A stretch of DNA of 32,000 nucleotides from Edaphobacter aggregans (GTDB lineage: Bacteria > Acidobacteriota > Terriglobia > Terriglobales > Acidobacteriaceae), in contig NZ_RSDW01000001.1 in assembly GCF_003945235.1 (NCBI RefSeq), positions 4,260,001 through 4,292,000 of the forward strand, written 5' to 3'. The position numbers were made by a program, and so were the translations under genes. Position 1 is the first letter of the stretch, and the number at the start of each line of letters is the position of its first letter. Under the pieces are notes generated by a model, which had not been told where the DNA came from, ran no database searches, and saw only the letters and a program-made list of their open reading frames with translations. Below, piece after piece: positions 23,003-32,000 of the stretch.

Positions 23003-23206
23003 ATGGCAACCGGAACTGTGAAATGGTTTAACGACGCAAAAGGCTTTGGCTTCATCACCCCGGAAGACGGTGGCGAGGACCTGTTCGCTCATTACTCAGC
23101 AATCAACTCCAGCGGTTTCAAGTCTCTTCAGGAAGGCCAGCGTGTCAGCTTTGATGTCACGACCGGCCCCAAGGGCAAGCAGGCCGCCAACATCCAGCCT
23201 CTCTAA
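23003..23206 (+). CDS. cspA: cold-shock protein (CspA family)
   Basis: [34 protein letters not shown]... with RNP1 (KGFGFI) and an RNP2-like (DLFAHY) motif. AGGAG at 22991-22995 lies 7 nt upstream of the ATG. Confidence 0.95.
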   Translation: MATGTVKWFNDAKGFGFITPEDGGEDLFAHYSAINSSGFKSLQEGQRVSFDVTTGPKGKQAANIQPL

Positions 23207-23256
23207 ATTCCTGTAGTCCTGCATCACTCCAAACCAGGGACCACAAAATCACGCAG

Positions 23257-23300
23257 GCAGAGCCACCCATAGCACCATTGTGGGATAGGCTCTGCTTGTT
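23257..23300 (+). terminator. Probable cspA terminator hairpin
   Basis: gcagagcc (23257-23264) pairs with ggctctgc (23288-23295), with an inner ccca/tggg pairing, followed by ttgtt. Confidence 0.5.
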
Positions 23301-23370
23301 CCACTTGGTAGTCTCACTACGATTCGCCGAGGCCAGTGACCGTCACATCACTCGCCTCAACTCGATAGCG

Positions 23371-23631
23371 ATGGCTACAAACCGCCCAGGAATGCGCCCA
23401 CCCCATTACCCCGCCTGCAAGCGCTGCAACTCTTTGCGCACGACACGCGCCAACCGCAAGACCTTTTTCCAAAGAGCAATTCTTCGTCTCAATCTCCATC
23501 CCTGGAAGTGCCTCGATTGCTCCTTCCGCTTCCTCTCGAAGAGCCGGGGTCCTCGTAAACCAGGCGAATCAAGATCGAGCCGCTCAGCCGACCATCCCGG
23601 ACTCTCCATCCAAGAGACCATGACAAGCTAA
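23371..23631 (+). CDS. possible small zinc-ribbon protein
   Basis: From the internal ATG at 23371 the sequence is MATNRPGMRPPHYPACKRCNSLR...HPWKCLDCSFRF, with two CxxC pairs. The track start at 23278 lies inside the cspA terminator hairpin. No SD. The tail is basic and low-complexity. Confidence 0.35.
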   Translation: MATNRPGMRPPHYPACKRCNSLRTTRANRKTFFQRAILRLNLHPWKCLDCSFRFLSKSRGPRKPGESRSSRSADHPGLSIQETMTS

Positions 23632-23794
23632 ACCACAGCGTCAGTATCGGCTCTAGTCCTCAGCCGGACCCCTGAGCAAATCCCCGCGCCAATCACGGAG
23701 ATTTGCCATTGATCAATCTAACTGAGATGAAGAGACTCGCCGCGAGATACTTCAAAGAGGGATATCCCCTTCGGAATCAAGCTATCATCAACCC

Positions 23795-24376
23795 ATGACT
23801 GCAGAAGACCTTGCAAAAAACATCAAAGTCCTCATCTTCGACGTCGATGGCGTCCTTACCGACGGCCAGATCTTCGTCATCCCCGGCCCAGACGGGAAGG
23901 GAATCGAGTCCAAAGGCTTCGCCGCCCACGACGGCCTCGGCATCACGCTCGGTCGCCTCGGAGGCCTGCGAATCGGCATCATCACCAAGCGCAACTCGCA
24001 GACCGTAGCCATCCGTGCCCGCGACCTCAAGCTCGAGTTCGTTTACCAGGGCCAGGCCCACAAGATGAACGCCATCCGCGACATCCTCGCAAAAACCGGC
24101 TACACCATCGACCAGCTCGCCTACGTAGGCGACGACATCATCGACCTCCCCGTCATGCGCCAGTGCGGCCTCTCTATCGCCACCGCCAACGCCCGCCAGC
24201 AGGTCAAGGACGCCGCTCACTACATCACCCCAAACCCCGGCGGGCAGGGAGCAGGACGCGACGCCATCGACTTCATCCTTACCGCCCAGGGAACGCTGGC
24301 ACAAGTCATCGAGCAGTACCTCGACGAAGACAACGTAGCCGCCGAAACCGCCGATGTAGGCGTGGGCAATATGTAG
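23795..24376 (+). CDS. kdsC: 3-deoxy-D-manno-octulosonate 8-phosphate phosphatase (HAD-IIIA, KdsC)
   Basis: IKVLIFDVDGVLTDGQIF...DGLGI..L...G...GIIT.R.S..V..RA..L........K.........G......AYVGDD.IDLPVM...G.S.A..NA, a typical KdsC pattern including the DxDG nucleophile motif and GDD. Confidence 0.9.
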   Translation: MTAEDLAKNIKVLIFDVDGVLTDGQIFVIPGPDGKGIESKGFAAHDGLGITLGRLGGLRIGIITKRNSQTVAIRARDLKLEFVYQGQAHKMNAIRDILAKTGYTIDQLAYVGDDIIDLPVMRQCGLSIATANARQQVKDAAHYITPNPGGQGAGRDAIDFILTAQGTLAQVIEQYLDEDNVAAETADVGVGNM

Positions 24377-24425
24377 GGTGGCACTCTTCGAGCTGTCGCC
24401 CTTGGTTCTCGAATAAACTAGCCGC

Positions 24426-24974
24426 ATGGCGTTGCAATTCACCACGTCGTACCTCGAGGATTCTCTGTCGCTGTTTCGGCAATACAAAAAACTTGCCGAA
24501 CGCGCGATGGAACAGGTTGCGGAAGAACAACTCTTTGCCGTGCTGGATGAGGAAGCAAATTCGATTGCGATCATCGTGAAGCACATGTCGGGGAATATGC
24601 GGTCCCGCTGGACCGATTTACTGACAGCAGATGGAGAGAAGCCGAACCGTGATCGTGACAGTGAATTTGTAGATCCGCCCACGACCCGCAAGGCGCTGCT
24701 GGACGTGTGGGAGGACGGCTGGACAAGTATGTTCCGGGCACTGGAGCCGCTGTCGGATGCGGACCTCGCGCGGACAGTGACCATCCGAGGTGAAGCGCAC
24801 TCGGTCATGCAGGCCATCAACCGCCAACTGGCACATTACCCGCATCATGTGGGACAGATCGTCCTGCTGGCGAAGCACTTCGCGCATGGCAGGTGGCAAT
24901 CGCTGAGTGTTGCGCGGAACTGCTCCGCAGACTTTAATCGAAGAGTCGCGGCGGGAGAGCTTAGCCAGAGATAA
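24426..24974 (+). CDS. DUF1572 (DinB-like fold) family protein
   Basis: YLEDSLSLFRQYKKLAERAMEQV..EQLF.....EANSIAIIVKHMSGNMRSRWTDLLTADGEKPNRDRDSEF matches my recollection of DUF1572 proteins. Confidence 0.75.
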   Translation: MALQFTTSYLEDSLSLFRQYKKLAERAMEQVAEEQLFAVLDEEANSIAIIVKHMSGNMRSRWTDLLTADGEKPNRDRDSEFVDPPTTRKALLDVWEDGWTSMFRALEPLSDADLARTVTIRGEAHSVMQAINRQLAHYPHHVGQIVLLAKHFAHGRWQSLSVARNCSADFNRRVAAGELSQR

Positions 24975-25049
24975 ACCAGAGTCGGGCGACCTGCCGACTC
25001 GCTAAACCGTGGCGAACAAAGCACGAAGAAATCCGCGCTACAATACACC

Positions 25050-28000
25050 ATGCCCGCGGTCGCCGAAACCCTCGAGATTCCCACCTCGCTCGCCTGGGCG
25101 CATCCCGTAACCGCTGAGTGGTTCCTCAACAAATTCGGCTCCCCAACTGAGCCGCAAGAACAAGGCTGGCCCAGCATCCTCGCCGGAGACGCAACGCTAA
25201 TCTCCGCGCCAACCGGAAGCGGAAAAACCCTAGCAGCCTTCCTCGTCTGCATCGACAAGCTCCTCCGCGCCGCCATCGAAGGACGACTCGCGCCCGCGAC
25301 GCAAGTCGTCTACGTCAGCCCGCTCAAAGCGCTCTCGAACGACGTACAGAAAAACCTCGATCAACCCCTCCGCGAGATCCAGCAGCTAGCCCTCGAACGC
25401 GGCTATCTCTCCACCGAGATCCGCACCGCAGTCCGCACAGGCGACACTCTCCCCAAAGAGCGCGCTGCCATGCTCCGCAATCCACCTCACATCCTCGTCA
25501 CCACACCCGAGTCGCTCTACATCCTGCTCACCGCCGGAAAATCCCGCGAGCACCTCCGCCGAGTCCAGACCGTCATCGTAGACGAGATCCACGCCGTAGC
25601 CGACGACAAGCGCGGAGCACATCTCGCGCTCTCACTCGAACGTCTCGATGCTCTAGTCTGCGGCGAAAACCGCCTCTCACCTGGAGCCTTCCTCACCGGC
25701 CTCGCGCAGCCGCCGCAACGCATCGGCCTCTCCGCCACGCAGAACCCCATCGAACTCGTAGCCAGCTTCCTCACCGGAGTCCACGAACATCGCAAGCCCG
25801 CAACCATCATCCAGGTCGGCCAGCGACGCGAACTCGATCTCGCTATCGAAGTTCCCAGCGACGAGCTCAGCTCCGTCCTCACCACCAACATGTGGACTGA
25901 GATCTTCGACAAGCTCGCCGCCCACGCCCAGAGCCATCGCTCCATACTGGTCTTCGTAAACACGCGCCGCCTCGTCGAAAAGATAGCCTTCGCCCTCGCC
26001 GAGCGCCTCGGTCCAGAGAACGTTGCGGCCCACCACGGCTCGCTCTCCCGCACCCTCCGCCTCGACGCCGAGCAGCGCCTCAAACGCGGCGAGATCAAGA
26101 TCCTCGTCGCCACAGCGTCACTGGAACTCGGAATCGACATAGGCGACATCGACCTCGTCTGCCAGATCGCCACCACCCGCGCAGTCGCCGTAGCCATGCA
26201 GCGCATCGGCCGTGCAGGCCACTGGCGCGGAGCCATCCCCAAAGGCCGCTTCTTCGCCACCACGCGCGACGACCTCATGGAGCAAGCCGCTCTCATCCGC
26301 AAGATGCGCTCCGGCGAACTAGATCAACTTGAGATCCCCCCGCAACCCACCGACGTTCTCATGCAGCAGATCGTCGCCGCCTGCGGTGCCGAGCCATGGG
26401 AAGAAGACACTCTCTTCAACACCCTCCGCCGCGCCCATCCTTATCGCGACCTCACTCGCGAGCACTTCGACGAACTCCTCGAACTCCTCAGCAACGGCAT
26501 CGAGTCCAGCCGCGGCCGCTATGGCTCCTACCTGCTCCGCGACCGCATCCACCACCAACTCCACCCCCGTCGCGGCGCGCGCATGATCGCCATCTCCAAC
26601 GGCGGAGCCATCCCCGACACCAACCTCTTCGCCGTCATCCTCCAACCCGAAGGCGTGCAGATTGCCACACTCGACGAGCACTTCGCTGTCGACTCCTCAC
26701 CCGGCGACGTCATACTCCTCGGCAACGCGAGCTGGCGCATTCAGCGCATCGAAGCCATCGGTCGCGTCCTCGTCGAAGACGCCCACGGAGCCCCGCCCAG
26801 CCTCCCCTTCTGGGAAGGCGAAGCCCCACAGCGCACCGCAGTCCTCTCCACCGGAGTAGCCGAGCTCCGTGAGCAAATCTCCGCCCTCACCCCAAACGTC
26901 ACGCCTGGCTACATCTCGCCCGCGGACCCCGAAGTAGCATCCGCCACCGCATGGCTGATGGAACACTGCGGCCTCTGCCCCAGCGGAGCCCAACAACTCA
27001 TCGCCTACATCGTCACCGGCCGAGCCGTCCTCGGCGCCGTACCCTCAAAGACCACCATCATCGCCGAGCGCTTCTTCGACGAAGGCGGCGGTATGCAACT
27101 CATCCTCCACGCACCCTTCGGCGGCCGCATCAACAAGGCTTGGGGACTCGCGCTACGCAAGCGCTTCTGCCGCGGCTTCAATTTCGAGTTGCAGGCCGCC
27201 GCCACCGACAATGGCATCAACATCTCCCTTGCCGAGCAGCACAGCTTCCCGCTCGCCGACGTCTTCCAATTCCTCAGCGAATACACCGCCAAAGACCTCC
27301 TCGAGCAAGCCGCCCTCGCCTCACCCATCTTCAAGAACCGCTGGCGCTGGGCCGCCGGACGCAGCCTCCAACTCCTCCGCTTCTCCAAAGGCAAGCGCAT
27401 CGCCCCGCAAATCCAGCGTACCCGCTCCGAAGACCTCCTCGCCAGCGTCTTCCCTCAAGCCGCAGCCTGCTTCGAGACCATCGAAGGCGACATCCAAATA
27501 CCCAACCACCCGCTCGTCAACGAGGTCATGAAAGACGTCCTCGGCGAAGCCATGGACCTCGAAGGCCTCATCGAAGTCCTACGCGCCATCAAGGACGGTG
27601 CCATCCGCTGCCTCGCCGTCGATACGCCCGTCCCTTCGCAGTTCGCCCACGAGCTACTCAACGCCAACCCATACGCCTTCCTCGACGAAGCCGGCCTCGA
27701 AGAACGCCGCGCCCGCGCAGTCTCCCTCAGCCGCACCCTTCCCGCAAGCGTCCTCGAAGAAGCAGGCCGTCTCGATCAATCCGCCATCGACGAAATCCGC
27801 CGCGAGTGCTGGCCCGACATCCGCGACGAGCACGAACTACACGACCTGCTCCACGCGCTCGTCGCACTCCCGATCGATTTCTTCATCGAAAATCCAGAAG
27901 CCCGCCACTGGCCCACACTCTACGACCGCCTCATCACCAAAGGCCGCGCCCAAACCATCGACTGCAACGGCGTCATCTGCTGGACCTCCACCGAACGCAC

Positions 28001-29483
28001 CTCACATGTAGCCGCGCTTTGGTTGTCGCAAGAAAACGCAACCAATACAGTTACAAAAGAACAAGCCCTAAAACAATGCGTCCAAGGCTGGACCCAACTC
28101 CTCGGCCCCACCACCGCCAACACCTTCGCCCAACGCCTCTCCCTCGACCCAAGCGAAGTTTTCCAATCCTTCCTCGCCATGGAGATGCAAGGTCTCCTCA
28201 TGCGTGGCATCTTCGAACATCCAAAGCCATCACACGACCACGACATCGAGTGGTGCGAACGCCGTATCCTCCAGCGCATTCACCGCCGCACGCTCCACAC
28301 CCTGCGCAAGCAGATCGAGCCCGTCACCCCAGCCGTCTACATGCGATGGCTCCTCGGCTGGCAGCACCTTGCCCCACAGACGCAACTCACCGGCGAAGAA
28401 GGCGTGCTCGAAGCGCTCCACCAACTCGAAGGCTTCGAAGCCCCAGCCATTGAATGGGAGCGTACCCTCCTGCCCGCCCGCGTAGCCAACTACGATCCCC
28501 GCTGGCTCGATGCGCTCTGCCTCTCGGGAGCCGTCGGATGGGGCCGCATCTCGCCCCACCCTGCATGGTCAGCAGGCGATGGTGCCGCGCCGCGCCGCGT
28601 CATCCCAACCAACGCCGCCCCCATCACCTTCTACGTCCGCGAATCTGCCGACTGGCTACCCCACGCACTCACCCAGCAGCGCGTCGAAGAGGTCCACCTG
28701 CAACAGGCCCTGAGTCCCGAAGCCCTGCAACTCCGCTCGCTCCTTCAACAACGTGGGGCCTGCTTCTCGAACGACATCCAGCGCATCCTCAACCTCTCAA
28801 AACCCCAGACGCAACACGCTCTCTGGGAACTCGCCACCGCAGGCCTGGCATCGGCCGACGGCTTCGACCAACTCCGCGCCATGATGGACCCCCGCCGCAA
28901 ATCCACCACCACGGAAACCGTTGGTAAGCGATCGACGCGCAGCACAGCCGGACGCTGGTCGCTCCTCACAGAAGAGCTCCACGCCGCACCGACCGTAATC
29001 GAACAAGCACGCCGCACCGATCAGGCACTCGAATCCTTCGCCCGCATGCTCCTTGCCCGCTACGGCGTCCTCTTCCGTGACCTCCTCACCCGCGAGTCCA
29101 ACAGCCCCAAATGGCGCGACTTGCTCGGCATCCTTCGCCGTCTCGAGGCTCGCGGCGAAATCCGCGGCGGCCGCTTCGTCTCTGGCTTCGGCGGAGAGCA
29201 GTTCGCCCTTCCGGAAGCAGTTGACTCTCTCCGCGCGGCCCGCACTCGCCAGTGCTCCGCAACCATTACCGTCGCCGCCGCCGATCCGACGAGTCTGGCT
29301 GGAATCATCGTGCCCGGCGAACGTGTCCCCTCGACCCCCGGAAAGCAGGTCGTCTACCGCAACGGCAGCCTGCTTCCCGAAGAGGACAGCGCGTTGCCTC
29401 AGGATCGGAAACCAGAAGCATCACCTGAACTGATCCCCGCGCAGATCGTCACATCCCCACCGGCCGTTCTACCATTGTTCTGA
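25050..29483 (+). CDS. lhr: ATP-dependent helicase Lhr (large DEAD/DEAH-box helicase)
   Basis: 1477 aa. Walker A ISAPTGSGKT, DEAH-type box VIVDEIH, then SAT and helicase C motifs (LELGIDIG, QRIGRAGH) and the long Lhr-type C-terminal extension. Confidence 0.92.
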   Translation: MPAVAETLEIPTSLAWAHPVTAEWFLNKFGSPTEPQEQGWPSILAGDATLISAPTGSGKTLAAFLVCIDKLLRAAIEGRLAPATQVVYVSPLKALSNDVQKNLDQPLREIQQLALERGYLSTEIRTAVRTGDTLPKERAAMLRNPPHILVTTPESLYILLTAGKSREHLRRVQTVIVDEIHAVADDKRGAHLALSLERLDALVCGENRLSPGAFLTGLAQPPQRIGLSATQNPIELVASFLTGVHEHRKPATIIQVGQRRELDLAIEVPSDELSSVLTTNMWTEIFDKLAAHAQSHRSILVFVNTRRLVEKIAFALAERLGPENVAAHHGSLSRTLRLDAEQRLKRGEIKILVATASLELGIDIGDIDLVCQIATTRAVAVAMQRIGRAGHWRGAIPKGRFFATTRDDLMEQAALIRKMRSGELDQLEIPPQPTDVLMQQIVAACGAEPWEEDTLFNTLRRAHPYRDLTREHFDELLELLSNGIESSRGRYGSYLLRDRIHHQLHPRRGARMIAISNGGAIPDTNLFAVILQPEGVQIATLDEHFAVDSSPGDVILLGNASWRIQRIEAIGRVLVEDAHGAPPSLPFWEGEAPQRTAVLSTGVAELREQISALTPNVTPGYISPADPEVASATAWLMEHCGLCPSGAQQLIAYIVTGRAVLGAVPSKTTIIAERFFDEGGGMQLILHAPFGGRINKAWGLALRKRFCRGFNFELQAAATDNGINISLAEQHSFPLADVFQFLSEYTAKDLLEQAALASPIFKNRWRWAAGRSLQLLRFSKGKRIAPQIQRTRSEDLLASVFPQAAACFETIEGDIQIPNHPLVNEVMKDVLGEAMDLEGLIEVLRAIKDGAIRCLAVDTPVPSQFAHELLNANPYAFLDEAGLEERRARAVSLSRTLPASVLEEAGRLDQSAIDEIRRECWPDIRDEHELHDLLHALVALPIDFFIENPEARHWPTLYDRLITKGRAQTIDCNGVICWTSTERTSHVAALWLSQENATNTVTKEQALKQCVQGWTQLLGPTTANTFAQRLSLDPSEVFQSFLAMEMQGLLMRGIFEHPKPSHDHDIEWCERRILQRIHRRTLHTLRKQIEPVTPAVYMRWLLGWQHLAPQTQLTGEEGVLEALHQLEGFEAPAIEWERTLLPARVANYDPRWLDALCLSGAVGWGRISPHPAWSAGDGAAPRRVIPTNAAPITFYVRESADWLPHALTQQRVEEVHLQQALSPEALQLRSLLQQRGACFSNDIQRILNLSKPQTQHALWELATAGLASADGFDQLRAMMDPRRKSTTTETVGKRSTRSTAGRWSLLTEELHAAPTVIEQARRTDQALESFARMLLARYGVLFRDLLTRESNSPKWRDLLGILRRLEARGEIRGGRFVSGFGGEQFALPEAVDSLRAARTRQCSATITVAAADPTSLAGIIVPGERVPSTPGKQVVYRNGSLLPEEDSALPQDRKPEASPELIPAQIVTSPPAVLPLF

Positions 29484-29485
29484 CG

Positions 29486-29653
29486 ATGCCGGAATCACCC
29501 AATCCCGCACCACAACCACCGCCGGAAGACCCCACCGAACTCGCGGACGAAGATTTCTACTACGAAGGTCCATACCTCGTCTTCACGGCAGCCTACCATC
29601 TCAAGCGAGGCTACTGTTGCAACTCAAACTGCCGTCACTGTCCCTACCGCTAA
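29486..29653 (+). CDS. 55-aa cysteine-rich protein (RGYCC..NCRHCPY type, recalled as DUF5522-like), below the track cutoff
   Basis: Hand translation gives MPESPNPAPQPPPEDPTELADEDFYYEGPYLVFTAAYHLKRGYCCNSNCRHCPYR*. The ATG lies 2 nt after the lhr stop (29481-29483). Confidence 0.6.
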   Translation: MPESPNPAPQPPPEDPTELADEDFYYEGPYLVFTAAYHLKRGYCCNSNCRHCPYR

Positions 29654-29658
29654 GCCTC

Positions 29659-30567
29659 TTACTCATGCACCGGTGGAGGTAACGGCGGAGGAGGCACACC
29701 CGAGGCCTGCGCGAGATGATTACCGCGTAGCGCCTTGGCGTTAGTCACGATCAGCAGTATGCGTGGATCCTTGCGATACTGTCCCAGCAGGGAATCCCCG
29801 CCCATCTCCGTCAGGATGTCGAATCCGCCCTCGCTTGCCATCGTTAGATAGCGCAGCATGTCTTCTTCATCTCCGCGCTGAGCATAAAGACGAGCCAGCT
29901 CATAGCAGAAGCGTGCGTGGTCTTCCGGAGACAGCATCCGGGTTGTCACGCCGGCTGTTCCGTGATGCTGCAGCATTCCCGGGTCTAACTTGAGCGCGAT
30001 ATCGTATTCCTTTCGGGCGCTTTCAAACTCCTTCTTATCGAAGTAAGCCGTCCCCAGGTTGGAGTGGAACGTCGCCGATGTTTTGTCCAGTTTGATCGCG
30101 CGGCTGTAGTCGGAGATAGCTGCGTTGTACCGGCCTTCCATGTACTCCAGAGCGCCAAGATTGTTCCAGCCCTCAGGGTTCTTTTTCTTGATCTTCACCA
30201 CACGCTGAAAGTATGCTCGTGCTTGTGCCGGATGCCGTAGCTCCAGCTCCGCCACGCCCATTTTGTTCAGCAGTTGCGGCGCATCCCCGCCACGCTGCAG
30301 TGCGTAGCCGTAGTACACGATCGCATCTTCGGGGAAACGTCTTGCCCGTAACACATCGGCGGCCATCTCCAGTTGTGCGGCGGTAGCCGTTGTTGGATCA
30401 GGCAGATGTGCCTGAATCGAAAGCCATTGCGGATCCTTATGAGCTTCCTGGAGGATTACATCTCGATTGAGGGTATCCTTCTGCGTATTCTGCGCACTCG
30501 CTAGCGCATTTACGGTCAGCAAACTGAAGAGGATAAGGACGAGAGAAGAGCGGTAATACGTGCCCAT
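29659..30567 (-). CDS. secreted TPR-repeat protein
   Basis: Signal peptide MGTYYRSSLVLILFSLLTVNALASA|Q. Several 34-aa TPR-like units (A..YF.RV..I....PEGWNNLGALEY..GRY..AI.DY..AI.LD). Convergent with the lhr operon, with 5 nt between the stops. Confidence 0.8.
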   Translation of the reverse strand: MGTYYRSSLVLILFSLLTVNALASAQNTQKDTLNRDVILQEAHKDPQWLSIQAHLPDPTTATAAQLEMAADVLRARRFPEDAIVYYGYALQRGGDAPQLLNKMGVAELELRHPAQARAYFQRVVKIKKKNPEGWNNLGALEYMEGRYNAAISDYSRAIKLDKTSATFHSNLGTAYFDKKEFESARKEYDIALKLDPGMLQHHGTAGVTTRMLSPEDHARFCYELARLYAQRGDEEDMLRYLTMASEGGFDILTEMGGDSLLGQYRKDPRILLIVTNAKALRGNHLAQASGVPPPPLPPPVHE

Positions 30568-30628
30568 GGTATACCTCCACGAGGTACGCCCACATCATCG
30601 GCCTGAATCGAGTCCCTGTCAATAGGCA

Positions 30629-32000
30629 CTATTGCACCGGTGCACCCGCCGTCGCAGCCGATGCCGTGACCGGAGCTGCCGCCGGAGCTTGGATCATGAG
30701 CGCCATCCGCGGAAAGCTGAAACTCCCCCCCGCGTCATCGATGACATTTACCTGGACCACATACGTCCCCGGTTTCAGCTGAGTGAGCGGCACGTCGAAC
30801 TGAAACGCCACCGCCCCGCGCTCGGGGATGTTGACAGCATTGGCCTCCACGAGGGGAGTCTCGTATACCTTCACCCCGCCGCTCAGGAACTCGATGCTGG
30901 TCAACACTCGGACCGCTCCCGCAGGACGCCGCGTCAAACCCGGTGAATCCGCAGGCGCAGGTCCTTCCGTCTTTTGCCTCGATGGGTCATAGACCTCATA
31001 CAGGAAGTAAAGATGCTGGTCCTGGCGAAAGACATGAGGCACATTAGGAATCCACTCCACACCATCCCGCACCAACGGACTGATCGCCTTCTTTGCAGTA
31101 TTTGGCGCCCGTTGGCTCGACAGCACAATCGAACTCAACTTCAGTGGAGCCTTCTTCATATCCGGAACCTGCAGGTCGGTTTCGAAGCTTCCCATCCGCC
31201 CCGTCTCGTTCTCCCGCACCACAAACTTCAGGTGATACCGTCCCGGAGCCAGCGTGAATCCGCTGGAATACTGAATATTCTTGCGCTGCACCTGTTGCGC
31301 CGCATCGAGCGCCAGCTTCACCGTGTCGCGAACATTGCCGACAACGATCCCCTGAGCATTCTTCACCTGCCCGATGATGTCGATGTTTGCCTTGCTCTTA
31401 TCGCCATTCTTGACGAACGGAATCTGCGACCCCGGCACAATCAGCGATACCGGCACGAAGAACTTGTTGTCATCCATCCGGAAGTAGAGCGCCTGCAGAT
31501 ACACCGCAACATCAGTAGCCGGCAGATCGCTCCGCAACTGCTCCGTCAGCTGTATCTCACGATCCTCTGTCTTCGAGTGCTGAAAATCCGCCGGAGCATA
31601 GTATCCCGGCCGATAATCCATCTTCGCGTCGGTGCGATTCAGCTTCACTGTCAGATGACGGTAGCTCCCATCCCGCGCCGTATTCGTCGAGCGGAACCCG
31701 ATGATGTAGTAAGCCTCCGTATCATGTTGGATCTGCTGAAACGCCGGAGCAAAATCGTTCGAATCGAAGAACGCCTTGCCGCCCGTATCGCTCGACAAGT
31801 TCGCCAGCACCTCCTGCGATCCAAAGTTCGCGTCCAGATTGGCCTGCATCGCTCCGCCGTTATAGGCTGCCGTGCCGCGCAGGCTTCCTGTGGAGGCGTT
31901 GCCCACCGGAGGCAAAGCCTCCAGCCCGCGCGAATCCACGCTATAAATCGCCATATTCGCCTTTACGGCAGCATTCGTCGCTGCGCGTATGCTCGCCTGA
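30629..32000 (-). CDS. VWFA-related (acidobacterial-type) domain protein, N-terminus outside the window
   Basis: The frame stays open from the ATG at 31954 to the window edge (..QASIRAATNAAVKANMAIYSVDSRGL). IYSVDSRGL....GGKAFFDSNDFAPAFQQIQHDTEAYYIIGFRSTN...DGSYRHLTVKLNR resembles the VWFA-related acidobacterial family (recalled as TIGR03436). Confidence 0.75.
   Translation of the reverse strand, partial: QASIRAATNAAVKANMAIYSVDSRGLEALPPVGNASTGSLRGTAAYNGGAMQANLDANFGSQEVLANLSSDTGGKAFFDSNDFAPAFQQIQHDTEAYYIIGFRSTNTARDGSYRHLTVKLNRTDAKMDYRPGYYAPADFQHSKTEDREIQLTEQLRSDLPATDVAVYLQALYFRMDDNKFFVPVSLIVPGSQIPFVKNGDKSKANIDIIGQVKNAQGIVVGNVRDTVKLALDAAQQVQRKNIQYSSGFTLAPGRYHLKFVVRENETGRMGSFETDLQVPDMKKAPLKLSSIVLSSQRAPNTAKKAISPLVRDGVEWIPNVPHVFRQDQHLYFLYEVYDPSRQKTEGPAPADSPGLTRRPAGAVRVLTSIEFLSGGVKVYETPLVEANAVNIPERGAVAFQFDVPLTQLKPGTYVVQVNVIDDAGGSFSFPRMALMIQAPAAAPVTASAATAGAPVQ

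Noticed and set aside
23777-24820. 347-aa minus-strand ORF spanning kdsC and the DUF1572 gene
   Set aside because: It is antisense to two plus-strand genes with strong family motifs. Its composition is S/A/R/G-rich, typical of an off-frame shadow ORF in GC-rich DNA, and it has no motif.
25517-26302. 261-aa minus-strand ORF
   Set aside because: It is antisense within the lhr helicase core, with a shadow-ORF composition (R/S/A/W-rich) and no start-site support.
26951-28453. 500-aa plus-strand ORF, extremely Arg/Pro-rich
   Set aside because: It is an alternative frame inside lhr. The R/P/H-rich low-complexity translation is a GC-rich frame artefact, and lhr motifs occupy the true frame.

Overview
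The window looks like an Acidobacteriota (Terriglobia-like) chromosome. This is an inference from a VWFA-related 'acidobacterial' type protein at the right edge, REP/RAYT repeats and overall gene content; no database search was possible. From about 19.5 to 32 kb most genes are recognisable: a RAYT transposase with REP hairpins, a LacI-type HTH protein, NIPSNAP, DUF1330, a PagL-like deacylase, cspA, kdsC, DUF1572, lhr, a TPR protein and a VWA-type protein. The left ~19 kb is lower in GC by hand-sampled lines and almost entirely unrecognisable, so it reads as accessory DNA. It holds three notable things. (1) A six-ORF minus-strand cluster (11277 down to 3340) is built around a 1267-aa patatin/cPLA2-type lipase. 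Its catalytic Ser and Asp motifs are separated by about 990 residues that include about ten hydrophobic segments. Its neighbours are a signal-peptide protein with a beta-barrel-like C-terminus and a TolA/TonB-like protein (TM, coiled coil, Pro-rich linker). (2) Divergent from that cluster is an ECF sigma factor translationally coupled to a 1171-aa fusion of a zinc anti-sigma motif, a TM helix, TPR repeats and a CHAT caspase-like protease, followed by a Tat-signal protein. The sigma plus TPR-CHAT pairing recalls type III-E CRISPR accessory genes, but no CRISPR or cas genes are present. (3) Two copies of a composite repeat module (about 2.03-2.92 kb and 17.14-17.84 kb) bracket these 14 kb. Each has four iteron-like 15-mers at identical 31/24/55-nt spacing, and each is followed by a gene with a PD-(D/E)xK nuclease signature. 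The larger of those genes is frameshifted in a homopolymer run. Three probable small ORFs and gene parts below the 60-aa track cutoff were found by hand translation. All family calls rest on motifs read from the translations.
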